Assembly (NCBI GenBank): GCA_039621445.1
Contig: CP154954.1
Span: 39,331,816-39,395,815 of the forward strand
Direction of reading: 5' to 3'
DNA: 64,000 nt
Source: Euglena gracilis
Taxonomy: Eukaryota
Position 1 is the stretch's first letter, and each line of letters begins with the position of its first letter. Positions 50,511 through 63,607 of the stretch are shown piece after piece. The notes beneath the pieces were generated by a model. It saw only the letters and a program-made list of their open reading frames with translations. It made no database searches and was not told the DNA's origin. The position numbers and the translations under genes were made by a program.

Positions 50511-53410
50511 GTGTGGATGGGTCCTCGGCTCAGTGGGTTAGGACAGCCCTTGTCCAATGACACTTGGGGTGACAAACTTCTTGCGCAGGCCAACCTGTAA
50601 TGTGGAATGCTGGGCAGTCTCCTAATGACGAATTGGGCCTTTCCACTGGGAATTTCACACTGAATCACTGGAGTTTCCAAAAATATTTTTCACAGCAGGG
50701 GAACAAATATTGAAGATCTTTGCCAATGCCCTTGATCAATCAAGTCCAAGCAAACTGATACACTGTTTGCCATAGGCCAATGAAATAAAGAATTATACTA
50801 AGAAATCCCATATTTAGATTTTGGTCTGAGAACCTTTTTTCTGGCAATGCCTAATTCAGAGATTCCAGGAGATTGATCGAAAAAAGGCTGTCCGCCACCC
50901 CCCCCCCCCCTTCATGAACAATTGCTGCGCAGTTGCCCAGGCATTCAGAGCACAGCGGACAGACGAGCCAGTTAGCCCCTCGCAGAACATGGAGAGGAGA
51001 CAGAAACACGCAGAAGACGAAGACGGAGAAAACGATCAAACCGTGATATTTACTGCCGCAGAACACACCATCACGCAGCACGACATCAACGTCATTGGAC
51101 AAGGGCTGTCCTAACGCACTGAGCCGAGGCCCCAACCACACACAAACTGGTATGAGCTTTTCCAGTTCAAACGATCCTGTTGGGCCACGAAGGGGATTGA
51201 CGCTAAGATTGTGATCTGGTGGAGTGACATTACATTGTCATTGGCGGACCACTAGCTGCAGCTGATGGCAGCACTTGCACTGTACATTGCTGCAGATGTC
51301 TGTGAAGATAGCATGTCATTGTCACTGAAGTGGGGATGGTGATGAGCCGTGAGGCACGTACAACAGAATCGAGCACCGGTGGATCATCCAGATGAGCCGT
51401 GAGGCACGTTCTGGAGAGAAAGATGGTGGTCATTTGGTGTCTTGGACAGCCCAGTTGTTGGCATTGCCATGGGTTGTGGGTTAACCTATGAAATCCTCTG
51501 CCGTTTCGATTTGGCATTGATGTGACACTTGGGTGACAATCTTCTGGCCCAGGCCAACCTGTAATGTGCAATGCTGGACAGTATCCTATTGCTAACTTGG
51601 GATTTTCCACTGGCAATTTTTGAGTGCCCACTCTTGGCCTGGACCCAGTGTCTCACTTTTGACTTTTCTGGCATTGAACTTTTCAAAACTTCCAGCACAG
51701 CACAAGCAAAGACAGGACTTCTTTGAGGTTCAATCAGTGACCCACGCAATCAGTGTAAGCATTTTGCTCCCTACAGAACAATTGGCATTCTTCAATGGCT
51801 TTGCAAACTTGAATTAGGAATTGCAGACTTGGCGAATCCTACACCACCTTCCTACAGAACATTCCTTGGAATGTCAATCAGCATTCGCAGGTCAAATTTG
51901 CCAATTCGAAATTCTAACCTCGCCCTGATGTGCCCGCCCCCCCCATGTGCCCGAATTGTCACCCCCCCCCCCCCTAGGCTGTCATCCCTGGGCCCTGGGG
52001 GGGCCAACAAAAATGTACCTGGAGGGAATTCGGGCAATCACGAAAAGGGGATCCTGATTTTTGTGCCCAGAAATGGGCAGCCAAAAAACGGGACTATGGG
52101 AATAAATCTGGGCAAGGCGGAAAATCTTCAGCTCCAAATGTCTTTATCCACTGGTCAGTTACGTGCCCTGCCGTACTTCTGTGCCCATGCGGGCAAACAG
52201 AGTACCCCCCTTCTTTGTGTCCTGACCCTTCCCCAACTGGGCAATTACATCCATCCCTTTGGTGCCGTCCTTGTTAAGGGGAAATCTGGTCAAATCAAAA
52301 GGGGAAGACCCAAAAGCAAAGTGCCCTACAGGGCAAATCTCTACAAATGGTGGCTGGGCAATCACAAACCAAACCAGGAAAATGCTTACACTTGAATTGC
52401 AATTAAATCCCAGCAAACACACGAGTTTAACGCACAGGGAATGGCTTCAGCGGCTCCTCCTTCTTCCCCTTCTTACATTGTAATCTCCTGATTCATCTTT
52501 CCTTGGATGTCTCTTTTTGTTTCACCTTGTCTTCAGATTGATTGTCTTATTCTTCAGCAGCTTGCAGAGCAAATTCCACTCTTGGAATGATTGTAATCAC
52601 CTCCACTTCAGCCGCCTGAGCACCAACATGTACAGATGAGATTGCCATGGCAGGGCTCTTCTGCTGCTGCAGAACTTCCAAAGCCCTGAAAACATACTCC
52701 TGCGACACAGGATGTACATGGTGATCAGCTTCACCTTCAGCCATAGTTCCTGGACAGCAGTGTACCCAAATCCGTCCACATCTGCAGCTGCTGGATTGCA
52801 TCTTCTGTACCCATTCTGTCATGGATGTGGTCCATCTTCCCAGTCCATGCTGTAGCATCTTCCTGGAAACTTCCTCAATGACATCTGGGCTGACCAAGCC
52901 CGGGAGCTGACTGATTGTACAGGGTATACACTGATTGTTCGAGTGCCCACTCTTGGCCTGGACCCAGTGTCTCACTTTTGACTTTTCTGGCATTGAACTT
53001 TTCAAAACTTCCAGCACGGCACGAGCAAAGACAGGACTTCTTTGAGGTTCAATCAGTGACCCACGCAATCAGTGTAAGCATTTTGCTCCCTACAAAACAA
53101 TTGGCATTCTTCAATGGCTTTGCAATCTTGAATTAGGAATTGCAGACTTGGCGAATCATACAAATTTCCCACTGCATCACTGGTGTTTCCAAAATCGTTC
53201 GCACAGCAGGGGAAGAAATCCTGAAGACCTTTGCCAATGCCCTTGATCAAGTCCAAGCAAACTGATACACTATTTGCTAGAGGCTGCCAATGAAATACAG
53301 AATTATACACACAAATCCCAGATTAAGATTTTGGTCTGTACCCTTTTTTCCGGCATTGCATAATTCAGAGATTCCAGGAAATTGATCGTAAAAAGGCTGT
53401 CCGCCACACA
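50511..53410. mobile_element. Internally rearranged ~2.9-kb insertion interrupting the non-LTR RT
   Basis: Internal duplications 50640-50897/53165-53407, 51620-51838/52940-53158 and 50556-50650/51520-51613; inverted copy 50511-50561/51090-51143; ends gtgtgg.../...ccacac. Confidence 0.55.
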
Positions 53411-54600
53411 CGCGATGCAACTCCTCACGGCCCTTTCCACACCGTCCATGAAGCGGGAAAAAGCGGATTGGCGGTGAACCTTGCTAAGTGCAATCCGTTG
53501 GGCCCTGCCTTCACCTCAAAATTGTGGAAGTACCCCGCAGACAGACCACTTCGCCAAGTACCCATCGTGCCGCTTCTCAAGGATTCTGGCCTCGAAGTTG
53601 TCGGGATCCCACTCTGGCATCCGGAAGGCGATACATTTGACCGGCAGATTTGGAGTAATCGTGTGAACAGTGTTATGGAGGCATGCCAATCTCTTTCCAA
53701 GCTACCACAGGCGCATCTTCATTTCACTATTCTTCGATATTGCCTCACCTCTAGAAAAGTAAACGACCTTCTGCGAGCAGCCACAAACACCCAGGGTCCC
53801 CTGGAGTGTGCAGCATTCAGCACTATCCTACGGAACTGCTTTTGAAGGACTGCTTGGTGTCCCGTGCACACCACAACAACGGGAGCAAATCTGCCTACCA
53901 ATTCGCTTGGGAGGCCTTGCCCTTTCATACCCCAGCCACATCCGCTTGAACGTTCGAATTGCTGGCTGAATTGCTGACATCGTTGACTACTTTCGCCGCG
54001 GGCCAAAGACATTGGGAATACCATCAGCTTTCCCCCGTGCTCCTGCAGACACCCTGGATTGTTTGCGAGCCGCTTTCACCATCCTCGGAACCACAGGACC
54101 CCTTCCACAATGGCTCGGGGACTTGTCTCTTATCCAAAACACTTAGAGCCCCCACACCTCAGAAACCGGTCAACTTTCCACTGCGCGGCAAGCGTTGCTA
54201 ACCCAAGAATTACCTGCACAGGATCAAGTTCGGTTTGCAAGCAAATGTCAGCCCCACATAATGGCGTGGGTTGCAGCAGCACAAAGCACCGCCAAACAAA
54301 CGCTCTTGCCTTCTGTGGAACTCGGCCGTCTCCTTCGGTGGAACATTGGCATATGCAGTTGAGCGACGTTGCTTCCACCAAAGGCTTGCACTGCCCAAAA
54401 TGCTAGGGGATTGTGGATGTCACGGGTCATCACCTGTTGTGCTGCAATTCAACAAAAAAACGAGCAACGGGCGGATGACAATATTCGCCCCGGCGATGTG
54501 TTTTTTCCGCGACTGGACGGTGGCTATCGACCCCCCCCCCGTTGTTCTAGCAGGGCTCTGAGGAGGGTGGACATCAGTGTGCGGCATTCCTGGACTAGTC
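53411..54600 (+). pseudogene. CRE/SLACS-like element, RT C-terminus, zinc finger and restriction-like endonuclease remnant
   Basis: GLAVNLAKC, GLEVVGIPL, ILRYCL..KVNDLLR, QICLPIRLGGL, CPKC..GHHLLCC, RPGD..VDISVRH. Confidence 0.78.
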
Positions 54601-55000
54601 ACCTGAAGCAGTCAATCAAGAAGGCATTGAGGCGCCGCCCCCGCCTTGCACAGGCAGCATCATATTTCCGGTGTTTTTCGGCGTCTTGCCTCTCCGGCCA
54701 GGCTAACAGCTAGGTGGTTCGTCCAAGAGGTGGCAACAACGCTAAACAGAAGCAGAGGCTGGCAAGGCCTCTCTCTGACACTAGCCAAAGAGATATAAAA
54801 ACAACTTCTGTGTTGCTTTTACACTGAACAATCCACAAGTGCCGACACCTTTTTCACAGGCCCTCGCTCTCCCTACTCAAGCTAAATGGACACCCCACTC
54901 CAAACTGTGCAAACAACGGCAAGCACGCCGCAACGGCGGGCAACAAACCTGAAACCTCAGCGCCAACACCGTTGTCCCAACAGAATACAATCCAATACAA

Positions 55001-55218
55001 GTTTTCTGGGTGTCTCTTTGGGGTAACTTTTTCTTCCTCTTCCCTCTTATCCTTGATATTTGAATGCAATGAACTTGCCAGATTGGTATGGATGAAGTGT
55101 TCAGGCTTGGAACCACCTGCAAAGGAGGCAGTCCCATTTTTAATTGAAATTAGGATCTTTCGCAAAGCAGAAGATGCCGCGCTAAGTCTTTTTGGCCCCG
55201 CCTGGCGCCACCCCCTGG
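55001..55218. repeat. ~220-bp direct repeat, copy 1
   Basis: Matches 57200-57417. Confidence 0.85.
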
Positions 55219-56301
55219 GGCCGCCCCCAACACTTCCCTCCCGGACCGCTTGCGTACCGCCTCCGCCAATACGAGGCGGCCCCAGGGAAGTGTTCGGGCC
55301 CCTTGGCCCCCGAAGCCTTCCGCTTCGGGGAAGGCCTCGGCCCATGTGGACCCGAGGCCTTGGGTTTTTAGGCCCCGAGGTCTTCGCCCTCGGGGGGGGG
55401 GGGTGTGGGGGGGAGCCTCGGCCCCGTGGGCCCGAGGCCTTGGGTTTTTGGGCCCCGAGGTCTTCGACCTTGGGGGGTGGTTGTGGTGGGTGGTGTGGGG
55501 GGTGGTGGCTTGGCGGTGTTTTTTTGGGAAGTAACATAGAGCGAATACTGAGTCTGGGGGTAAGCTCGTGGTCCAGGGTCCGCACATCCAACAATGTCCA
55601 GGTAGCGAATGATGAATGGGGGGGCAGGTAACATTGGAAGTTCACACCGCCACTCCCGAATCAAGATCCCAGGGCCACAATTCCATCATCCAGGAGGGGG
55701 CAGGTAACATGATGTTCACACTGCCACACACACACCTGTTATTCATCCAAATCTGCCTCCAAACCGCATCGAATCGAAGACGGGCAGTCAACGCAAAGTC
55801 CACACCACCTCACTTGGTCATCCATTCTGCATATTTGATCCAATTCCACTGAATTGAAAATGGGGGGCAGGCAACCCTCAAATCCACACCGCCACACTCC
55901 AACCAACCCAACGACTCATCTTCGGCGACGGGCAGCCAAACCGCCCTGAGCACCCCCCCCCCCAGGGGTGACGGGCCGTCGGTCCGCCCAGAGCATCCGA
56001 CGACAATCGACATCCAACACCTGGAATTTTCAGACATTCTTTCTGTGCTGACGCAGGCCATTTCGTGCACCATTGAAAGACATTCTGAATCCTTCAATTT
56101 CTGATCGGGGATCTTGGACACTGGCTTCACAGAGGAGGGGGATCAGACTGGGAGGGGAGGGCAGGCAACACTCGGTCCACACCGCCTCATTCCAACGTCT
56201 CCGCTAACCACTGGCACCGCTGCCGACGGTATCTCCTCCTGCGGGCCTCGGAGAGTCCACCTTCATCTTCGTTTCTCCTGCGGGCTCGGGACGTTGCTCC
56301 T

Positions 56302-57196
56302 TCATCTGCTTGCTGGGGGCATGTCCTTCAGGGTCTCCTCCTGGAATCTTCGGTATCGGACCAAACACGCCCGGACTGGCCAACGCAATGGCCCAGTCGG
56401 CTGCATCTGGCCCGCTTGCTGGTCCCAGATCTCGAAGAACCGGATTCCTTCCTCGAAGATGATGAACTTCACTGTCATCTTCTGCAGCACTGGCCACCAT
56501 GTAGTCGTACGCCACTCCGGTGCAATCAGCACCATCTCCTGCACTTGGTCCGCGATGATCTTGAGGATGACTTGGTTCATCAATGTCCATGGGGGATTGG
56601 CCCAGATCCTTTCCCATGTCCATGTCTTCGCAAACGCATTGTCCTCCTTCGTCCAGAATTTCTGCAATCTTGCATTTTCCCGTGATGCAAATGCTTCCTG
56701 CACACCTTCTCGCTGAATGTGGAACTTGTCCAGGATCAGGTCGACGAATTCCCAGCGAAAGGCTTACTCCTCCGAGATGTACTGCCTCTTGATCCTTTTG
56801 CCTCCTCCTCTTGGTCTTGGCTGGGTCTCTGGCTCGTCTACCTCGTAGTTCTCCTCATCTGCAGCTGGCCTTGATGCCGATCCTTCTTCTCCAGATCTGG
56901 TCTCCATCACCACATTCCTCCTCCTGAATGGCTGCAATGGTTCTTCCGCTTCTTCTGCTGCATCTGCATATCTTGGAGCTGGACTGCTGAATTCTTCTTC
57001 TTCTTCTTCGCCATTCCACACTGTCAATGCAGATCTCCAGTCTTCTTCGTGTAATCGGACACTCCATTTGCTCCAGCTCCAATCTGTCACTTCCTGCACT
57101 TTCTGAGATTCTTCTTCGGGCCTCCAACTGACATTCATCCCTCTTGCCTTGGAATTTTGGTAATCTGATCGTTGCATTCTGGCAAGCCTGATCACT
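56302..57196 (-). pseudogene. ORF fragment with Dam-like DNA N6-adenine methyltransferase domain
   Basis: EAFASRENARLQKFW..DNAFAKTW...IWANPPW..VILKI...MVLIAPEWRTTTWW; in frame with ORF 56764..57336 across one TAA. Confidence 0.85.
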
Positions 57197-57199
57197 TCA

Positions 57200-57417
57200 G
57201 TTTTCTGGGTGTCTCTTTGGGGTAACGTTTTCTTCCTTTTGCCTCCCATCCTTGATATTTGAATGCAATGAACTTGCCAGATTGGTATGGGTGAAGTGTT
57301 CAGGCCTGGAACCACCTGCAAAGGAGGCAGTCCCATATATAATTGAAATTAGGATCTTCCGCAAAGCAGAAGATCCCGTGCTTGGTCTTTTTGGCCCCGC
57401 CTGGCGCCACCCCCTGG
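57200..57417. repeat. ~220-bp direct repeat, copy 2 (possible DNA transposon end)
   Basis: Matches 55001-55218; the minus strand begins ggcggatccagggggtggcgccag. Confidence 0.8.
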
Positions 57418-58049
57418 ATCCGCCGCCAAAAAACAACCAAGCCAAGAGCTCTCTGCGCCACACAAACTCCCCTCCCACACACCACATATCAGACACAAAC
57501 AAGCCGCGCCAGGCAAACACCCAACACACACAGTCACTATATAAACCCCCCTAAATAACATACCCCGGCTGTTTTATTTTGGCCCCCGAACTGGGGGATG
57601 TGCAATTTGGGTGCGTGTGTTATTTTTACATGGAAAACCAACGGAAAACAGGGGGGGTGTTATTTGGGGGGGTTATTTGGGGGTTGTTATTTGGGGGGTT
57701 TTATACTGAAGATGAGCCTCGCTCATTTTCACTAACCTCTCACCCAGACACCGAAAACCCCCTCTGTAAACCCCTCAGTACCGTATCGCTCTTAAAACCT
57801 TATATTCACAGAGACCACAGGCGACCTGTGGCGGCACAGGGATTGATGAGGAGTTTCTCCTTGTGGCGAGGGCCAAACCACACGTTTCCCTGGGCACAGG
57901 GCACGGTCAAGAAGAAGTCCAGAAAAACCAGAAGTCCAAAAAATGAGACACGGACAACCTCTCATCCCCAGCTGTCCCCTTCGAAACTTTGTTGTAAAAT
58001 TTTTCACCCACCATGGACTCCTCCAAACAATCTCACAATTTTTTGAAAA

Positions 58050-58520
58050 AGATGCTGCAACGAGGGAGGAAAGCTCGCCCGATGGTCCACGTCCCGGGGA
58101 CGTTGTTGTCATGAGATACGACACGGATGGACCAGCGGCGATCGATGTCACCATCCGACACCCCTAGGCACCATCTCCGACGCGCCCTGGCACGGATGAG
58201 ACCTGAAAGTGGCACAAGGCTCAAGAGGAGGATAAGGTGAGGAAGTATGGCGAGTGGTGCCAGCGGAGAGGCTGGACATTAATCCCCTTCGTAGTGGACT
58301 GCTATTGAGAGATGGGGGACGCGGCACTCACAATCGTTACCAATTCCGTTCACCTCCTTGCCGGCCAGGCGACGCGTGGGAGAGAAGGGGAGTTGAGGGC
58401 AATTGCTGGCAAGCACTCAGTAAGGTAATGGGCAGAGAGTTGGCGGGGCAACTGGTTTTGGGGGCAGTGCGTGAGGACTCGGCCGTTGGGGGCGTTGCCG
58501 AAGCTCGTCGACCGTACGCA
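58050..58520 (+). pseudogene. Restriction-like endonuclease fragment of a CRE-like non-LTR element
   Basis: RPGDVVV..AAIDVTIRHP..EEDKVRKY..IPFVVD. Confidence 0.75.
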
Positions 58521-59359
58521 TAAAAAGAACAGCACGCCCGGCCTCTAACGCCCAGATATTTCTCAAAGCTGTGTATGCAAAGTTTTTCCAAGTGCCCATA
58601 GGGCCTGTCAGTACAACAAACTGAGGTGCGCTGGTGGAAACAACTGTTGCCTAAAGTGGACTTCGACTCACAAGTACGGCAGAGGACCTCTACAGCAGCC
58701 AAAGCAAGCAAGACTCTACACCAGTCACACTACCAAATTAACACGACGGAGCCGCAACGGCACCCCGAGGAGCCGCAAGGCAGGAAAGACAACAAGCTGA
58801 CCTGCGGCACCTGACCATTCCCCCCATAAACCTGCCGAGATGCCGCCCACACGCCACTGGAAACCGGGATCACCGGCCCACCGGTCATCAACACCCAGAC
58901 CGTAAACGGCACTGACACCCGCAACCTCCCAATTGCCTGCCCAACCACTCTTACTCACGTTGCCGAAGAAATCCGGAAGCTGAGCAACAACGGCCTCGCC
59001 TCGGGCTGTTACTATTGTAAAAGCTCTGCCCTATTACCTTCCGTCCCTTCACAAGCGTGCATAGACTGTTGCCTCTGTAATATAGCCTTACTGCACCAAG
59101 CTCCTCAAATCCAGTAGGCTGTTCCACTGGTCGGTGGACTCGGTTCGCCCAACCACCGTTCGGAAGGTTGCACAGCTCCCTATGTCTTGGGCCTGCCCGC
59201 TGCCGTGGACATCCTTTCCAAGTGCGCTAACGATTGTTTGCGACACCCCTCAACGAACTTGGCCAGATTGCACCACTGCCCCAATGGGCCAATGACAAAA
59301 CCTTGATCTTCAGGCACAGTCTCCACACAATACATAACGTTGGTGGAATCAGCAGAGCA

Positions 59360-59640
59360 TGCTTTCCCGCCAGAAAACACTTTCTGACGCATTAAATGGA
59401 CCTGAAGCTGTACGCTTTGCAAGCCAATGCCAACCACGTGCCGTGGCGTGGGCCGCTTTGACACCATCTCAAGGACTGCGCACCCTTTTACCCACAGCTG
59501 AATTCCGCTGCACACTTCGTTGGTCCCTCGGAATGACCCTCACACCAATGGAATCCTATCCCAAACTCTGTCCCAAATGCTTTGCATCATCATAAATTCT
59601 CGGACACCACCTCGTTTGCTGCAAATCAAACTTCATTACC
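59360..59640 (+). pseudogene. CRE-like non-LTR fragment (pre-endonuclease zinc finger region)
   Basis: AVAWAALTP..EFRCTLRWSLG..CPKC..LGHHLVCC. Confidence 0.7.
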
Positions 59641-61275
59641 ACAGGCAAGCTTCACAGCCTGTAAAGAAAACGACCTGAATTACCGTTTACTGCCTGGGTA
59701 CATTTGTGCGGGATAACCTTCTTTGCTTCTCGGCTTGTTCGAGGTCCATGGGGATTCCCTGCCACCGCATAGGATCGATTACCCTGTCCACTTGAGTCTC
59801 AACTCCCCGGGTGGTCTTTGTTAGAAATTGTTTCATCTCCTGTTACTTGAAAAGATCTTTTCCTTTCTCGGGGTTAGTGTGGGGTGGGCCCTTGGGTGGT
59901 CTCTGGCCACAGAACGGGTATAAAAAGCAGGCAGGTCTTGCTAAAAGCAGCGAAAGGCCTTCAAATTGCGGGTCCTGGTCAGACATTGACGCAAGGGAAC
60001 AAGCGCTCCTTAGGCACACCAGCAGCAACAATTCCTGCTTCAGAATTCACTTCAGACCACAAGACCTGTACGTGAACAGAAAATTAACTTAGAATTCAAA
60101 TGAACCTTGACAAACTTGAATTGACTTCAAACTGGAACCAGATTTGCCGTTGCAAATGTATAATCAGATTAAGGAAGGACAGAATAGTGACCGAGCCTTG
60201 TAGAAGTCAGTGTGGCCAGCCTTGTGTAAAATGTGGTCCGAGGTTAAAATTCCGTCAGGAAGGGATTATCCTTATTGTTTCGTCATTGAAACTGTAGGTC
60301 CCTGGTTAGTCCAAGTTCTCTGTTTAGTTCTGGGGCGCCTCGGTTAGCTTTTAAGGTTGGCGCCTGAGGTTAGCCAACTTGCCAGGACACTCAGCACTCC
60401 TGACTCACACACCCCTTAGAAGGAGTTGCTTACAACTCTTCTCGAATCACTTAGGAAGGGATGCGGAGTGCGTTTGTTAAAAGGGGGCTGGACCGCTCAT
60501 GTGCGGTCACAGGCCGGTCCACCGTCTTCCCTGCTCGAAGGGGGGAGCTGGCCTGGTGCTTGTTCTTTTTTTTAAGGGGCTGTCCCCCCCAGGTCCCTTG
60601 TCGAGTGGGGGAGGGGGCAGGCGCAAGGCGCCCATCACAGACCCCGCCCTTTTTTCAAAGGGGTAGCACCCGTTTGGGGGGTTCCGCCTGCACCTGCCAA
60701 GCGATCAGCCACCGGCCAGGTGCTAATTCTTACAAAAAATCAAGCGAAGGCTGAGTCAGGGTCTTCCGGTTAAAATCATGCTGTGGCAGGGTGTGAGTCA
60801 GGGGTGCTGAGTGGACAAAACAACACAACCTAACACTACCCAACCTGATGACTCCGCAGTTAGGATTATGAAAATTATATATTAGGAATTACAAATAAGC
60901 TGACTCCATCTGTCCCTGCACAGGGCTCTGTCTCTGTTTTTGTCTGTTTCAAGTTCAAGAACTGAATTATCTTGGTGGCATCAGTTATCACTCTTACCCT
61001 GGACATTACGTACCTTGGTCTGTGGATTCATTTGTACTTCATTTGTGGCTTTGCTTGCTGGATTGCTTGTGGATTTTTTTATCAAAGGAAAGGTGTGAGC
61101 CAAGGAACCCACCTGTTTTCACCCAAAAAAACCCACCCAAAACAAGAAAAATGCAATTTCTGGAACAATCCGCGAGGGGAACTGAAAACACCCTGGGCAG
61201 GGTTAAAGATCCTACGCAACGGGGTGCCGGCCCCGAGGGACTGGAAACTCAAGGGCAGGTACCACGAATACAACA

Positions 61276-61287
61276 TGGTAGCAGAGG
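61276..61287 (+). promoter_or_regulatory. Primer-binding site (tRNA-iMet-like) of another LTR element (D)
   Basis: ...tacaaCA|TGGTAGCAGAGG directly upstream of a long coiled-coil ORF; the left boundary of the 5' LTR was not determined. Confidence 0.75.
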
Positions 61288-61361
61288 TAGGTTGCCCCAT
61301 TTTTGATTCCCCTCCAACATGCGGCTACGAACAAGAAACTGAAAAACGACAAGAAACTGAA

Positions 61362-63607
61362 ATGACTGACGCTGACATGCCAGCTGCCGAAACCGCCATC
61401 GCTAGGGTGGTGGAGCCGGCGGATGGCTGTCCAGCTCTGAACCAAACACTGGATGTGCCAGCTGCCTTAACCGCCATCGCCAGGGTGGTGGAGCAGGCAG
61501 ATGGTTTCCCAGCCCTGAACCAAACACTGGAAATGCCAGCTGCCTTAACCGCCATCGCTAGGGTGGTGGAGCCGGCAGATGGCGTTGCCGCCATGTACCA
61601 GTCACTGGACAGCAACAGGTGGACTGAAACTGAACAAAACGGCACAGACATTACAGTGCCACAGGCAAGCAATGACAGCCCACGTGTCATTGCCATGGTG
61701 CACATGGACCAGAACGACACTGAAAAGACCGGTCCATCACCAGACTACACTGAACTGGACGAAAACAACGAACCGTACTTTGACGAACAGGTGTTTGCAC
61801 CACAAAACAGGCTCCAACTGCCAGAACAGGACACTCAGAACAACCAAAGCAGGCAAACCGCAACAGCACAGCAACCAGGAACCCAGAGTTTTGCTCTGGT
61901 GGCGGTGCGACAGAGCCCGGAACAACCTGACCGCCTCCAGGGTGAAACTGAAACTTCGTACCAGGAACCATCGTACAGCTCGTACGAGATTCCGCAGCTG
62001 GAACCACAGAACCAGGACACTGACTGGGACTGGTGGTCGAACTTTGCTTACGAAACTGGACAGGTGACCCAGGAATTTCAACAGTTCAGACACAAAACTG
62101 AACAGACGAACCAGCAAACGGCAGAAACACTGCAGCAGCTACAGCAAAAAACGACGGAATGGGTCAGCGAACTGCACGCAACAGTCAACAGACAGGCTGA
62201 AGCACTCCTGACAGAAATCAACGGCAGACACGAAGAACTGACAACAGTCCTCGCAACAACGCAAGCGAACATGGAACTGGTGACAGTGAACCAGAACAAC
62301 CTGTACCAGGAACATTTCAACGGAATGTCACAGCAGATCGCGGAAATCAGGGAAATGTCTGGCTCAACGGGCGAAAAACTCAGGGAATTTCACAGTTTTC
62401 TGCAGATGGCTGGTGGAAATGCACAGAACCAGGGTGAACATCTGGTTGGTTTACTGCACCGACAGCGAGAAAACGAAAAAAACAACTGCAGAACTGCAAC
62501 AGAGAACGGCTGTGGCAGAAGAACGGGTTGCAGGAATCACAGGCGGCGTCCAAGCGGTGAACAGCAAAGTGGACGAAACTGTGGCAACAGTTTTCAGAAA
62601 GGTTGAAAACCTCAGAGGCGAAATCAGCAGTGTGGTGGAAAGAATTCAGAAGGACATGGGCAGTGAAATCGGAAATCTAGCAGGACGGGTTCATCAGCAG
62701 GAAACAAAAACAACAACAACCATTCAAAACTGTGATTACCTGCACAAAAAAATGGTCGAACTGCAGAAAATACCAGATCAGCAACAGCAGGTTACACAGC
62801 TGAACGAGGAAATCGGCAGACTGAAACGACAGGTGGAAAACCTGACCTCCAACGAAGAAAAACACAAGCAACGCACTGAACGACTGAACCTGGAGGTCGG
62901 CAGCCTGGGTCACAAGGTGGACGAAACAGCCCAAACGACTCAAAAACTGCTGGGTGGACTGCAGAAAGGTGCCATTAAGACGGGAACACATGCCACAGCG
63001 GAACAAGCTAAATGGCTGGAAATGACATCTGCCACTAGCTCAATGACAACCAGGGTCGGTCAAATGGAAGCAAAACTGGCTGGTCTGACAAAAAAAAACG
63101 GCAGAACGGGAAACGCATGACAACAGCATCCCGCAGCACTTACATGCTCTGACCACGGAACTGCAAACACAGCAGAAACGGTGGACAGAACAGTTGGTGA
63201 CCCTGGACAGAAAACACAGCACAGTGACAAAAACGACTGAGTACCTGACCGGAAAACTGGAAAGGGAAAACACCCAGCAAATCACAAACCCCAGCCCTAG
63301 CCTGGCTGAAATACCCAACCTTTTTGAAAATTTAAGCATTTCTTCTCGCCCAGCCTGCACAGGGGCCTTCGGGCCGGAGACAGGGGCCGGCCCCCTGGCC
63401 AGTGGGCCTCCCGCGAGGACCCAGGCTGGACAGCCAGGGGAAGCCACGACAGCCCAACGAACGGAACAGCCCACCCAGGGGACAGACAGGGCCGCGGGCC
63501 AACGGGGATCAGGGACCGCACAACCCCAGAACCTGCCGCCAGCCCCGAGGGGCCAGCCCACTGGGCAGGGACCCCACAACCCCTGGCCCAGCCACCGCCA
63601 GCCCTGA
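61362..63607 (+). pseudogene. Probable gag-like coiled-coil ORF of element D (frameshifted, likely runs beyond the window)
   Basis: ORFs 60972..62606, 62413..63120 and 63194..63607 are Q/E/T-rich heptad-like pieces broken at A-runs; 26-aa tandem repeat at ~61378-61590; follows a PBS. Confidence 0.6.

Noticed and set aside
55001-57417. LTR pair flanking the MTase ORF
   Set aside because: The direct repeats lack TG..CA ends, PBS and PPT, and look more like two DNA transposon end fragments.
60972-61361. N-terminal membrane anchor on the 544-aa ORF
   Set aside because: This stretch crosses the inferred LTR end and PBS from a non-ATG start; probably chance open frame in non-coding DNA.
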